Assembly: GCA_016714535.1 (NCBI GenBank)
Contig: JADKDR010000001.1
Location: forward strand, 466,998 to 530,997
Source of the DNA: Bacteroidota bacterium
Lineage (GTDB): Bacteria > Bacteroidota > Bacteroidia > AKYH767-A > OLB10
Length of the DNA: 64,000 nt
Direction: 5' to 3'
Part shown: one piece after another, positions 31,209 through 43,100 of the stretch
Layout of the letters: each line of letters starts with the position of its first letter
Numbering within the stretch: position 1 is the first letter of the stretch
The notes under the pieces: model-generated
Database searches by the model: none
Told to the model about the DNA's origin: nothing
What the model saw: only the letters and a program-made list of their open reading frames with translations
Made by a program: the position numbers and the translations under genes

Positions 31209-31853
31209 CTACATCAACAATGTTTTGATAGTTTCTGCAGGGTCTTGTGCACTAAACACCGTATTGCCAGCAACTAATACAGTTGCGCCTGTGTCAATCA
31301 ACTTTTTATAATTATTCAAATCTACTCCGCCATCAATCTCTATAAGTGCCGAAGATTTTTTTTCAGCAATAAGTTCTCTGGCTTGGGTAATTTTGTTGTA
31401 CGTATTCTCAATAAATTTTTGTCCACCAAACCCGGGATTTACACTCATCATACAAATCAAATCAACATCCGAAATAATATCTTCTAACAAATGAACAGGT
31501 GTATGTGGGTTTAATGCTACACCGGCTTTCATACCCGCAGCTTTAATGGATTGTACCACACGATGCAGATGTGTGCATGCTTCCAGGTGTACCGTCAAAA
31601 CATTGGCACCGCAATCGCGAAACTCATTTACATACCGACCCGGATCCACTATCATCAGATGTATATCAAGCGTTTTGGTTGTATGCTTACGTATGGCTTT
31701 TATTACCGGCATACCAAACGAAATATTAGGAACAAAAACACCATCCATTACATCCAGATGTAACCACTGACATGCGGTGCTGTTGCACATTTCGATATCG
31801 CTTTGCAAGTTGGCAAAGTTGGCTGCAAGTATAGAGGGGGCTACTATGTGCAT
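31209..31853 (-). CDS. rpe: Ribulose-phosphate 3-epimerase.
   Basis: MHIVAPSILAANF...HLDVMDGVFVPNISFG...VNPGFGGQKF are canonical Rpe motifs. Confidence 0.85.
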   Translation of the reverse strand: MHIVAPSILAANFANLQSDIEMCNSTACQWLHLDVMDGVFVPNISFGMPVIKAIRKHTTKTLDIHLMIVDPGRYVNEFRDCGANVLTVHLEACTHLHRVVQSIKAAGMKAGVALNPHTPVHLLEDIISDVDLICMMSVNPGFGGQKFIENTYNKITQARELIAEKKSSALIEIDGGVDLNNYKKLIDTGATVLVAGNTVFSAQDPAETIKTLLM

Positions 31854-31972
31854 GTTTTTTTTTGGCAAAGGTAAAGGTTGTCAAATGCAATACAATCATT
31901 AATTAATAAAATTGATTTCGGTTGTTGAGATTTTGTATAGCTTTACCTGTAAATTAATCCTATACTATATCA

Positions 31973-34900
31973 ATGAAAATCACTCTTTTTCTTTTAGTAT
32001 ATATTATATTCATGCAAAACCTATTGCATGCACAAGTAAATACTTGGCAGCGTTCGCATGGCACAAGCAAAGATGATCACTGCAATAACGTAATAGTTGC
32101 ACAGGATGGCAATTACATTGCCTGCGGCTATAGTTACGGTACTGATAGCCTTGGTACAGCCGACTTTCATATGATTAAAGTGGACTCAACCAACGGAGAT
32201 TTATTATGGACCTGGTCAGAAGGTAATGGTGGCCAGGAAACAATAACAACTATAGAAGAAACAAAAACAGGTGCTTTATTAGTTGCCGGAAATACATCAC
32301 CAGTCCAACTTTATTTGTCCAGTGATGTTATGCTATGCAAGGTTTCAGCAAATGGAAATTTGATTTGGAAACAAACATATCAATTGCCAGATTCGCAATT
32401 CTGCAATGATATTGCTATTCTACCTGATGGCAATATTTGCTTGGTTGGCTTGAATCGTACTGCTGCCGGTGATTCTTCCGGATTTTTTATGAAGGTTGAT
32501 GCAACAGGAAATTTAATTGACTTTAAGCTGTATGACATTATAGGAAGCGAATATTTTTCAGGAATTGTTTTTACAAAAGACTCCATGCTAGCTGTAAACG
32601 GCACAAGTATTCAACCATTTCCTGCCAGCAACAAAATTTGGATGCTAAAATTCGACTGGAATGGAGATACGATTTTTACTAAATTAAATACGTTTTATAA
32701 GTACTACACCGGTGTACCATTAGTGCAAAATATAAATGGAAATTTTATCTTGAATGTGCGCGAATTAAACACTTGGTCTTGGGTACACATCCTTTTGTAT
32801 GATAGCAATTTTAATTTGTTAGACGATTTAAATTGGGCAAACTATTACAGCAGTCCTCTTTGTATATCCGTTTCAGGGATTAATGAAAAATTTACGGTGG
32901 GCAGGTCTGATTCATATGGCCTCATGATTGAGCATTATAAAGATACGGGTGCAATTGAAGATTTAATGAGTTATAATCAGGTATTTCGCCCGAGTAAATT
33001 TTATGGTGGCGGTATTGACTTTGCCCTGTCTACAAAATACTACGCGATAAATAATTCGAAGGAAGGCATTGTTGTAGCAGGCAGTACAACTTTTAACCTC
33101 AACAACTCTTTTGATTTTTGTTTGGTAAAATATTCCGACTCACTTAAGTTAAATTTTAATACGTTAACTCCTACACCAAATTTTGTTACCGATACCATAT
33201 GCGAAAGCGATTCTATTTTGCTTTACGTTATGCTGAATGACAAGCTGAATAATATCTGGCTGATAAATGACGATACAATTTATGGACTTGGAGATTCAAT
33301 TTATGCTAAACACAGCGGGTCTTATACCCCAATTGGTTTTGATATTGAACAGAATTTTATAGCAGGAACCAGTGCACGTGTTGTTGTGTTAGACACGTCA
33401 ATTGTAGGTTCTATGTACATTAGTATTAACAAACCATACTGTAAATATGATGGCGATACAGCAATCATAATAGCACCTTTGAATAGTAAGGCAACTTATC
33501 AATGGCAATTGAATGGGGTAAATATTCCCGGAGCAACAAGCAATCAGGTAAAAGCAAACGGCACCGGAAACTATCAATGTGTGTATAATTTTGGTTGTGC
33601 CACCAAGGTTTCCAATGTTGTATATATAAATGACAGTGCTGCAATTACTGTTAGTTTGAATACCTCAACTGGGATATACCGTAGTTATTGTAGTGGAAGC
33701 AAAATGGATCCTTCATTATTAATAATGCAAGCATCAAACAATGTTACCTATAACTGGTACAATAACGGTAACTTAGTTAATACCGGTACTAATTTGCCTA
33801 CAATCAAAGAAAACGACAGTATTTGGTATGTAGTGTCTGTAAATGGCTGTGGTATAGACACATCATTATTTGCGTATTATATTGATGAGCCTTTACAACA
33901 AACCACTGCATGTAATTATGTTGGTGATACAATAGAATTTTGCAACAATGACAGCGTAGAATTTTGCAGTGGAAGTACAAACTGGAAGCGAAACGGAACT
34001 ACCATACCAAACGTTACATTGCCGTTTTATGCTACACTTGCCGGGTCGTATCAATATTATTATCAAACCGGAAACTGCGGGGCTTGGTCTATTCCCATTT
34101 TTATTGTAGATAATTTACCTGACAGTATTAATTTCAATACCTATCCTAATGATACAGTATGTACAAGTAAGGTTAGTATATATGCCTTGCCATATAATAA
34201 TTTATCAACCTACTCCTGGTATTATAAAGGCAACTATTTAAACGACACTGCCAGCATAACTGCCGACAGTACCGGATGGTATAGGTGTGTTGTTCATTCT
34301 CCCAATTGTTTGCAACAAATAGTGGATAGTATATACATTGTAAAATTGGGGTCAGCTGCAAAATGTATTGCACAGGATTCAATGTATAACACTTGCACCG
34401 ATAGTGTAATAATAAAAGATGCAAGTCCAGATAGTAATGCAAATTATGTATGGTAGAAAAACAATAGTAACATGCAGTTGCCTTCAAATACCACGCAGAT
34501 ATTAGCAAATGAAGCTGCCAACTACAAATTTACTAAGACCATTTATGGCTGCAACTTGAATTCAAATACGATATTAACTCAGGCAAGCTTTAATGAGTTG
34601 ATAGATACAGATACAAACACTTGTGTACCATGTAATGGAAGTGTTAGTATACTAATTGATTCCGTTTTGCAACCACAATACTTATGGTCGAATAGCAATA
34701 CCACAAACAAAAATGAAATGCTTTGCCCTGGTGTTTATTATGTAACAGTAACAAATAGCACATGCAGCAAAGTTATAACCACCTCTATTCTGCAAGGAAT
34801 AAATCTTGATGCCAACTACTCTACAAGCCCGCCAAGTGCAGCAGGATGTGATGGTAATTTTTCTTCCATTATTTATGGTGGAACTCCACCCTACAACAAA

Positions 34901-36022
34901 TCATTTATTCCAATTGCAACAGACAGCACACTTTGCGTAAATACTACTTATAACTTCCTAGTTGAAGATAGCAAAGGTTGCATAGTTACAAAAACCAATG
35001 CCTATTATTACCATAGCGACAATGATACCTTGTGGCCAGGCGATGCTGACAAGAATGGCTATGTTGACAATTATGATTTAATGTCTATCGTAATGCATAA
35101 TTATGAAAACGGTATTGCACGCAATACACTGACCATACAATGGCAACCCATATTTCCAACAATAAATTGGATGGGGACTTTACAAATAAATAATGTTGAT
35201 CGCAAACATTCTGATTGCAATGGAAATGGCCTGATAGACACCATTGATGCTGATGCAATTATTTTAAACTATGGTATTACAGGAAAAAACAGTTATGCAA
35301 AACCGTTTGATCCTGCCGGGCCGGAATTGAAATTTATTTCTGCAAAAACCAACTATGCAGCAGGCGAAATGGTTGAAATAATTGTAGTAGCCGGAACAAG
35401 CCAAAAACCAATATACAAACAAAAGTTTCTGGGCGTACAAGTTGAATTGCCATTACAAGTAATTGAGCCAGGAACAATATCTGCGACTGATATTTACAAT
35501 CAGTCATTTCCATTATGGGATGATTATAAATTTGCACAGAGTGATGGTGCCATACAATGTGATTTTGCACATGCAGTTTTTAATAATTTTAATTTATTCA
35601 ACTGGCATGGAGAAGTTTTCAGAATAAGTTTTCAGGTTGCAAATAATTTGCAAAGTGTTCAATCACATCAAGTTGAAATTAAAAACTACAGACTAATTGA
35701 TATGACTGATGCATCAATAATAATGAATTACCAGCCATTAACCCTAGCATTCAATCCGGTTTCGATAGCCGATCAAATGCATGACAATGGTATTAGTATT
35801 TTCCCTAACCCTGCGAATGGCGAGCTTAATATATACGCTAACAAACAAATGATACGCTATGTTGAACTAACAGATGCAGCAGGCCGCGCAATTGTACAAT
35901 TGGCAACAATGGAAAACCAAATTAAATTAAACATAAGCGATGTTAGCAATGGATTATATCAATGCAAAATAATATTGAATAATGATCAAGAAATAAAGTC
36001 AAAAGTGAATATAATGCATTAG
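31973..36022 (+). pseudogene. Giant T9SS cargo paralog 1 (signal peptide, beta-propeller-like repeats, SprB-type Ig repeats, dockerin-like module, type-A C-terminal domain). Interrupted by an in-frame TAG at 34454-34456.
   Basis: Track ORFs 31973..34456 and 34472..36022 are in the same frame. Alignment to paralog 2 (DTDATYTWYKNNFQVAL vs DSNANYVW*KNNSNMQL) puts the TAG where paralog 2 has Tyr (TAT). C-terminal FPNPANGELNIY...YQCKIILNNDQEIKSKVNIMH sorting tail. Confidence 0.6.
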
Positions 36023-36033
36023 ATATAAAAGGC

Positions 36034-36050
36034 AGCACAATAATTGTGCT
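36034..36050. promoter_or_regulatory. Perfect 17 bp palindrome AGCACAAT-A-ATTGTGCT in the 53 nt spacer between paralogs 1 and 2.
   Basis: Seen directly. Could be a small hairpin (6 bp stem, 5 nt loop) or a dimeric protein-binding site. Confidence 0.25.
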
Positions 36051-36075
36051 AAGTAAATATGAATTCTACCTTTAT

Positions 36076-39000
36076 ATGAAGCAGTTTATAATTGTTATAT
36101 TTATATGTATGAATTTCGCTAATGCTTCAGCGCAAGTCAATACTTGGCGCAGGGCTCATGGGACATCAGGACAAGACTATGCCCAATCTATAAAAGTTGC
36201 GCCAGATGGAAATTTCATAGTTGCCGGAACCTCAAATGGTAGCGATACCACTGGCACCAATAATTTTTATATTATGAAATTGGATTCCTCAAATGGAAAC
36301 AAACTGTGGAGTATATCAATTGGTGATGGCGGATATGAAAATTTGACTGCAATGAAAATCAGTAAAAATGGAGACATTATTGCTGCAGGCGTTAAAGCTG
36401 CTATTATCGGAAATCCCATAAAATTTGAAGATGTAATAGTTTGCAGGATATCGCAACAAGGCAACCTACTATGGCAACAAACTTACCAGTTGCCCGATAC
36501 ACAATTTTGCAAAGACTTAGTTGAGCTTCCGGATTATAGTATATGTATAATAGGATATAACCTGAGTCCGCAAAATGTAAAATCCGGAATGTTTTTGAAA
36601 ATAGATTCAGCTGGAACATTTATTGCCATCAAAAAACATATTTACTCAAGTCCAATTGTTTACCTGGGAATAGTATTTACCCATGATTCAATACTTATGG
36701 TAAATGCAATGAGTAATGAATTATCAGTTTCAAGTATATTATGGATGATTGCATTGAATGATGAAGGTGACACTACCAAGGTTAAATGGACGTCATTTTA
36801 TAAGAGTAATGCCAAGTTTCCAATGGTACAAACATTATGTAACAACTTTATTCAGTCGAAAGAGTATTCGGATACTTGGAGCTGGATTCATATTGTACGT
36901 CATGATAGCACTGGTAACTATAAAGATTATGACGACTATGGTACGTATTATAGTTTTAGTGGCGTTGCATCACCCTCATTAATTTCTTGCAGCGCAGCAA
37001 TTTGCGAAGGCACACATTACGGAGTAGGTGTGAGTATATATAAAGATTCGTTCAACCTGGAGTTTAAAAAATATGCAACGGTTGTAGGGCCTATAAAAGA
37101 TTGGATTTGGACATTTCAGAATCACATTGATGTAAGTTTCTACTTACTTGATTTCCAAACTGAGGGATTAGTTGCTTTGGGCTCAGCTAAATATGGGGGC
37201 AATGGGACTTATGATTATGTTGTAATGAAATTTGATCAGAACCTCGCTTTAAATTTCGATGTTAGTAAGCCGATACCGAACATTGCTTCTGCAAAGAATT
37301 GCGAAAGTGATTCAACCTTATTGTATGTAAAAACGAATAAAAAAAAATATACCACTTGGGTTCATCCTAATGGAAATGTGGTTGCCAATCATGATTCAAT
37401 TTATGTAGTTAACACGAATGAATATGTTCCAATTTCGTATGATGATGATAGCAATTATGTGGTTGGACAAATTGCCACAATTCAATATGTGGATACCTCT
37501 ATCAATCCCATATTAGGAATTAACGGACTTGCAAACTATTGTAAATATGATGGAGATACGGCAATATTAACCGCAACGGCTAATGGAAACGCAACCTACC
37601 AATGGCAATTGAATAACATTGATATACCTGGAGCAATAAATAATGTTTGTAAAGCTAATGGAATCGGAACTTACCAATGCCTATATAATTTTGGATTTGC
37701 ACAACAAGTCTCAAATTTAATTGCTATAAACGATTCATCAAAAACTAAAGTTGACTTAAATACGTCATTAGGAATATACCGCGACTATTGCATCCCTAAA
37801 ATGGATCCATTATTAAAATTTACTACCATTAACAATAATGCTACTTTTAATTGGTATAATAATGATTCTTTAGTTTATACAGGAACAACATTGCCTATAG
37901 CCAATTACAATGATAGCATATGGTATATACAAGCCGTTACTGGATGCGGAACCGATACTTCTCTATATGCGTATTATATCGATGAACCTCTACAACAAAC
38001 TATTGCCTGTAATTTTGCAGGAGATACGATTGACCTTTGCTTAGCTGACAGCATTGAATTATGTGGTGGAGGAACCGCATGGAAACGCAACAACTTATTG
38101 ATTCCGAATGTACAACTACCATTGTATATAAAGCAGACAGGAACGTATCAATATCAATATACCACAGGCAACTGCACTACGTGGTCTTTGCCGATTTATA
38201 TAACTGATAATTTACCAAAGAATTTGCAAATCATTTCTTCACCAAATGATACAGTATGCGATAGCATCGCTACCTTAAATGTTGTACCGGTGGTAAATAA
38301 CTGTATTTATACCTGGTATAAAGATGGAGTAATGATATTAGATTCTACCATATTGTCAGTTAATGAAGATGGCTGGTATAAAAACAGTGCCACAGTAAAT
38401 GGCTGCCCGGCTGCATATACAGATAGTATATTTATTAAGATTGTCAATTTCAAATCAAATTTAACTACCTTAGACACCAATTTGAATCTTTGCAAAGATT
38501 CAATACTGATATATGATCTTTATCCTGACACAGATGCTACCTACACTTGGTATAAAAACAATTTTCAAGTAGCACTAGCAAACCCAACTTTTAGTTTGTG
38601 GGTAACTGATTCGGGTAAGTATCAAGTAAAAAAGGAAAAATATTTATGCAACAGTTACTCTCCAATGATTACAACTTACAAAAATATAGCAACTTCTTTA
38701 AATATTACCAATTCGTCATGTGTAACTTGCAATGGCTCAATTAAATTGACTACTGATTCAGCTTTGCAATTATATTATTTGTGGTCGACAGGTCAAACTA
38801 TAAATGCAATAAATAATTTATGTCAGAATTTGTATACCGTTACAGTTTCGAATACCTATTGTACCAAAACGCTAGGAATAAATATACTAAGCATGCCATT
38901 TATTTCCGCATTTTTTAATCCCAAGCCTCCTGATATTAATATTTGCAATGGCAAACTTAATGCGAACATTGTAGGTGGTAAGCCGCCTTATTCAATTACG

Positions 39001-40119
39001 TGCATTCCTCCGGCCACAGATACTACATTATGCCAGAATACTAGTTATACAATAAATATTACAGATAGTCTTGGGTGTGTTGTAAGCTATAACCAGGCAT
39101 ATTTTTTTGCTACCATTAATGATACCATTTGGCCTGGCGATGCCGATAACAATAACATAGTTGACAACTACGATTTATTACCAATTATAATGCATCATGA
39201 TGAAACCGGCTTTATACGCACCAATCAATCTATCTCCTGGCAACCCCTTACTCCTACTTTTGACTGGTTAGGAATATTACAGCAAAATGGAAAAAATCGC
39301 AAACATGTAGATTGTAATGGCAACGGTGTAATTGACACCAATGATGCTGCCGCAATTAAATTAAATTACAATATAACAGGCAAAACGAATTATCCCCTAC
39401 TAACTGATTTAACCGGACCACCATCAAAAATAAATACGACAAAATTAAATTATATAAATGGCGAATATGTAGACTTGCTTGTAACTGGAGGTTCTTCTAT
39501 AAAAAAAGTACAAGGCCTAAAGTTTATAGGGGCTCAACTAGAAATCCCATCTTACCTTGTTGAACCGGGAACCTTTGTTGCCACTGATTCGAGCAATCAG
39601 CTATACAACTATCTTGAAAATTATAAAATGTTAAATTACGACACTTCTTACCAAGTCGATTTTGCACAATGTATATTTGATAACATCTACCTTAATCAAT
39701 CTTACGGAGAGCTATTTAGAATAAAATTTAAATTGAATTCAAATTTACCATCTAATCTTTCACATACCTTTTCAATAAAAAATTATTTGGCGATAAATAA
39801 TTTTGATACTGCCATATTAATGAATGTGATACCATTAACACTGACTTTTAATTCATATTTGTATGTCGATTTTTTAGAAACTCACGGAGTTTCAATCTAT
39901 CCTATTCCTGCAAAAGATTATGTCGATATTTATTCCCCGAATGAGAGAATTAATCAACTTGATTTAATTGATACAAAAGGAAACATGATATATACATTTA
40001 TGATTGGAGAAAACAACTACAGAATAAATTTAAAATCTATAAGCAATGGTAATTATTATTGCAACATCTATCTTAATAGTAATATTAAATTAAATAAAAG
40101 GATCACTGTTTTACATTAG
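36076..40119 (+). CDS. Giant T9SS cargo paralog 2 (intact, about 1347 aa): signal peptide, beta-propeller-like repeats, SprB-type repeats, dockerin-like module, type-A C-terminal domain.
   Basis: Single uninterrupted ORF. Probable start MKQFIIVIFICMNFANASAQ; the track lists an upstream GTG at 36046. Contains the WPGDADNNNIVDNYDLLPII and DCNGNGVIDTNDAAAIKLNY calcium-binding loops. C-terminal VSIYPIPAKDYVDIY...YYCNIYLNSNIKLNKRITVLH. Confidence 0.7.
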   Translation: MKQFIIVIFICMNFANASAQVNTWRRAHGTSGQDYAQSIKVAPDGNFIVAGTSNGSDTTGTNNFYIMKLDSSNGNKLWSISIGDGGYENLTAMKISKNGDIIAAGVKAAIIGNPIKFEDVIVCRISQQGNLLWQQTYQLPDTQFCKDLVELPDYSICIIGYNLSPQNVKSGMFLKIDSAGTFIAIKKHIYSSPIVYLGIVFTHDSILMVNAMSNELSVSSILWMIALNDEGDTTKVKWTSFYKSNAKFPMVQTLCNNFIQSKEYSDTWSWIHIVRHDSTGNYKDYDDYGTYYSFSGVASPSLISCSAAICEGTHYGVGVSIYKDSFNLEFKKYATVVGPIKDWIWTFQNHIDVSFYLLDFQTEGLVALGSAKYGGNGTYDYVVMKFDQNLALNFDVSKPIPNIASAKNCESDSTLLYVKTNKKKYTTWVHPNGNVVANHDSIYVVNTNEYVPISYDDDSNYVVGQIATIQYVDTSINPILGINGLANYCKYDGDTAILTATANGNATYQWQLNNIDIPGAINNVCKANGIGTYQCLYNFGFAQQVSNLIAINDSSKTKVDLNTSLGIYRDYCIPKMDPLLKFTTINNNATFNWYNNDSLVYTGTTLPIANYNDSIWYIQAVTGCGTDTSLYAYYIDEPLQQTIACNFAGDTIDLCLADSIELCGGGTAWKRNNLLIPNVQLPLYIKQTGTYQYQYTTGNCTTWSLPIYITDNLPKNLQIISSPNDTVCDSIATLNVVPVVNNCIYTWYKDGVMILDSTILSVNEDGWYKNSATVNGCPAAYTDSIFIKIVNFKSNLTTLDTNLNLCKDSILIYDLYPDTDATYTWYKNNFQVALANPTFSLWVTDSGKYQVKKEKYLCNSYSPMITTYKNIATSLNITNSSCVTCNGSIKLTTDSALQLYYLWSTGQTINAINNLCQNLYTVTVSNTYCTKTLGINILSMPFISAFFNPKPPDINICNGKLNANIVGGKPPYSITCIPPATDTTLCQNTSYTINITDSLGCVVSYNQAYFFATINDTIWPGDADNNNIVDNYDLLPIIMHHDETGFIRTNQSISWQPLTPTFDWLGILQQNGKNRKHVDCNGNGVIDTNDAAAIKLNYNITGKTNYPLLTDLTGPPSKINTTKLNYINGEYVDLLVTGGSSIKKVQGLKFIGAQLEIPSYLVEPGTFVATDSSNQLYNYLENYKMLNYDTSYQVDFAQCIFDNIYLNQSYGELFRIKFKLNSNLPSNLSHTFSIKNYLAINNFDTAILMNVIPLTLTFNSYLYVDFLETHGVSIYPIPAKDYVDIYSPNERINQLDLIDTKGNMIYTFMIGENNYRINLKSISNGNYYCNIYLNSNIKLNKRITVLH

Positions 40120-40145
40120 CTAAGTTTAAGATTTATAAAACCTAT

Positions 40146-43100
40146 ATGAAACAACTACTATTAATTTTTTTGTTATTGATTTTTGGGTTTCAATCCAAAG
40201 CCCAGGTAACTACCTGGTGCAGGGCACATGGAACTCAATTTCACGACTATATCAAAGAAATAAAGGTAGCAAATGATGGCCATTATATTGCATCAGGTCA
40301 TTCAATTAATCCCGACACTAACTTACTTGCAGATTTTTATGTTATAAAAGTGGACTCTTCAAATGGCGAATTGATTTGGCAAACCTATGTGAGTGCGGCC
40401 GAAAGTCAGAAGTTGGTTGCTATGGATATTTCGAGCAATGGTGAGATAATTTTGGTTGGCAGCAATGACGCGAAAGATGTTTCTTATTGGGGAAATAATG
40501 GAGACCAAGTAGCTGTTGCTAAACTAGCATCTAACGGCAAGCTTATTTGGAACAAAATTATAGCCATACCCGATACCCAATATTGTCATGATGCAATTTG
40601 TTTGCCTGATGGCAGTATTGCAATTGTAGGTCTTAATAGAAATGCCGCAGGTGTTTTTAGCAATTTTTTTATGAAACTTGATTCGGCTGGTGATTTTCAA
40701 TTTATCAAGCTATATGGTAGCACGCCAAGCGATAGGTTTAGTCATATAATAAATACCAACGATTCCTTAATAGCAGTTTTTGGAAACACCAATAGTAATA
40801 GCCAATTTGTAAAATTTTGGTTTCTGAAATTTGATTTGAATGGCGATACCATTTTCGCAAATAATTCGTACTTTGGATCGGACGGTGTGTTTACTCAAAT
40901 GAAAAATGATACGTATGTAGTAAACGGAAGAGTTTCTCTTGGCTCGAATGTTGCAATTTTAAATTTTGACAGTTCATTTTCTTTGACAGGTTCTAATAAT
41001 TACAGTTCATATAGCAACTATCCAAAATCAATAAGCGCTTCCAAAATTACAAACAAGGTAATTGTTTCAAATTATCAATATTCAGGTAAATATTATGTAT
41101 TTAAAGACACTGCTAGTCAGATGGTCATTGATAAACAATTTTATATATTTAATGACCAAACTCTGTTTTACCTTTTGCAAGGGAATGCCCCATTGAGTTG
41201 GTATGAGATAGGAAATAGTCAAGAAGGGTTCGTAGCTGCTTTTGAAAAATCAATGAATTCTAGCATGGGATTAGATTTTATAATATCTAAGTACGATCAG
41301 AATTGTAATCTTAATTACAGTAATAGTAAACCAACAGTAAACGTTCCTGCCGGTGACACTTTGTGCTTAGGTGATTCAGTCTTACTATATATTACAACAA
41401 ACAAAAAACTTTACACCAACTGGATATCAAATGATGGAAAATTCTACCATAAAGGTGATAGCTTTTATGTTAAGAGTACTGGAAATTATTTTGCAGTATG
41501 TTATGATATTGACAGCAATTTGATATTAAGTGAGATACGAAATATATATTTTAAAGACACTGTGCCAAGTTCCTCAATAAAAGTAAATGGCCCATCAGAA
41601 TTTTGCAGACTTGCCGGTGATTCACTTTTTTTATCAGTTGATTCAAACATATATGTTCAATTACAATGGCAACTAAATGGAATAGATATTCCTGGTGCTA
41701 CTAAAAAAAGTGTATAAAGTACTTGCTACAGGAAATTATCGTTGCGCTTTTATTTATTCCTGCGATACAATCTTCTCAGCTCCAGTATTTATAAATGATT
41801 CCACTCCACCTAATGTATCACTTAATTCCTCAATTGGCACCTACTACCCTTACTGTAACAATAAAATGTTTCCGCAATTGTCGGCAACTTCCAGCACCAA
41901 AAACACTTTATTCAAATGGTATAATAATGGAATCCTTATAGATTCAAGTCAATCTCAATACTTAAATCCAAGTTATGGGAATGATAGTATATGGCATGTG
42001 GTGGCAGTTACTGCCTGCGGCACCGATACATCACTTTATGCTTACTATAGTTTGGAACCGCAACAACAAACTCTTGCATGTGGCATGGCAAACGATACTG
42101 CGATTTTGTGCTTTAATGATAGTATTGAATTTTGCACAGGAGGCACCTATTGGTACCTCAATGGAATTTACACAAACAATGTTACGCTACCACTTTATAT
42201 TAGCAAGCCGGGAACATATAAATATGAGTACACAACAGGCAACTGCACTACATGGTCCTTGCCAATATATGTTATTGATAAAATGAATGATAGTTTGAAA
42301 ATAAAAATATCACCCAATGACACAGTGTGTAATAAAAAAGTGACATTAAATGTAATGAGCCCGCAAGCAAACGTGCTATATACTTGGTATAGAAATGGAC
42401 TTTTTTTTAGCACCAATGATACCGTTATCACAGGGGTATCAGGTAACTTTCATTGTGAAGCCTTTATAAATGGTTGCGATACTTTATATTCAGACACTGT
42501 CTATATTCAGACTGATTCAGTGCCGGCCGAAATATTTAAGCTAAATAATTTTACCAATTTATGCGATGCTGACTCTATATTCTTATTCGACTATAATTTT
42601 GACACCAATTATGTATATGCATGGAAAAGGGTAGGTAACAGCTTTGTATATAGCAATACTTACTTTTATCGCCCGTTAGCAGTTGGGAATTACTATTTTA
42701 CAAAGTCTTCGAAAACTTGTGTTGTGATTTCTGATACTGTGCAAATTACATCTAACAATTCTAACCTAAACGCAACCATAACTACAACGCCCTCGGCTTG
42801 CAGCCCATGCAATGGCAGTGCAACTATCACCGCTAATAACCCTACCAACTTTAATTACTTGTGGAGCAATTCCCAAACCAATCAAACCGCTTACAATTTC
42901 TGTGGAGGTACATATACAGTTACAGTTAGCGTACCGGGCTGCAGTAAGAGTTTTAATTTCATGTTGGGCAACAGCACTCCGGTATCTGCAATTGCAACTA
43001 CTACAACGCCTTCTTTTGGCATATGTGACGGAACAATTGCCTTTAATATTATCGGAGGCTTTGCACCTTATCAAACTTCGCTTATTCCAAGTGCCCCGTT

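Noticed and set aside
4506-34456. Possible stop-codon reassignment (TAG or TAA read as sense), suggested by three in-frame stops inside otherwise intact genes.
   Set aside because: TAG and TAA are both used as ordinary terminators at the expected ends of well-conserved genes in this window. TAG ends pdxJ, the GT4 glycosyltransferase and paralog 2. TAA ends korA, korB, topA and paralog 4. Genome-wide reassignment is therefore not supported. Local nonsense mutations or errors are more parsimonious.
36046-36075. GTG at 36046 as the start of paralog 2, as in the ORF track.
   Set aside because: The ATG at 36076 immediately precedes a canonical signal peptide (MKQFIIVIFICMNFANASAQ). The upstream GTG extension adds non-signal residues (LSKYEFYLY).
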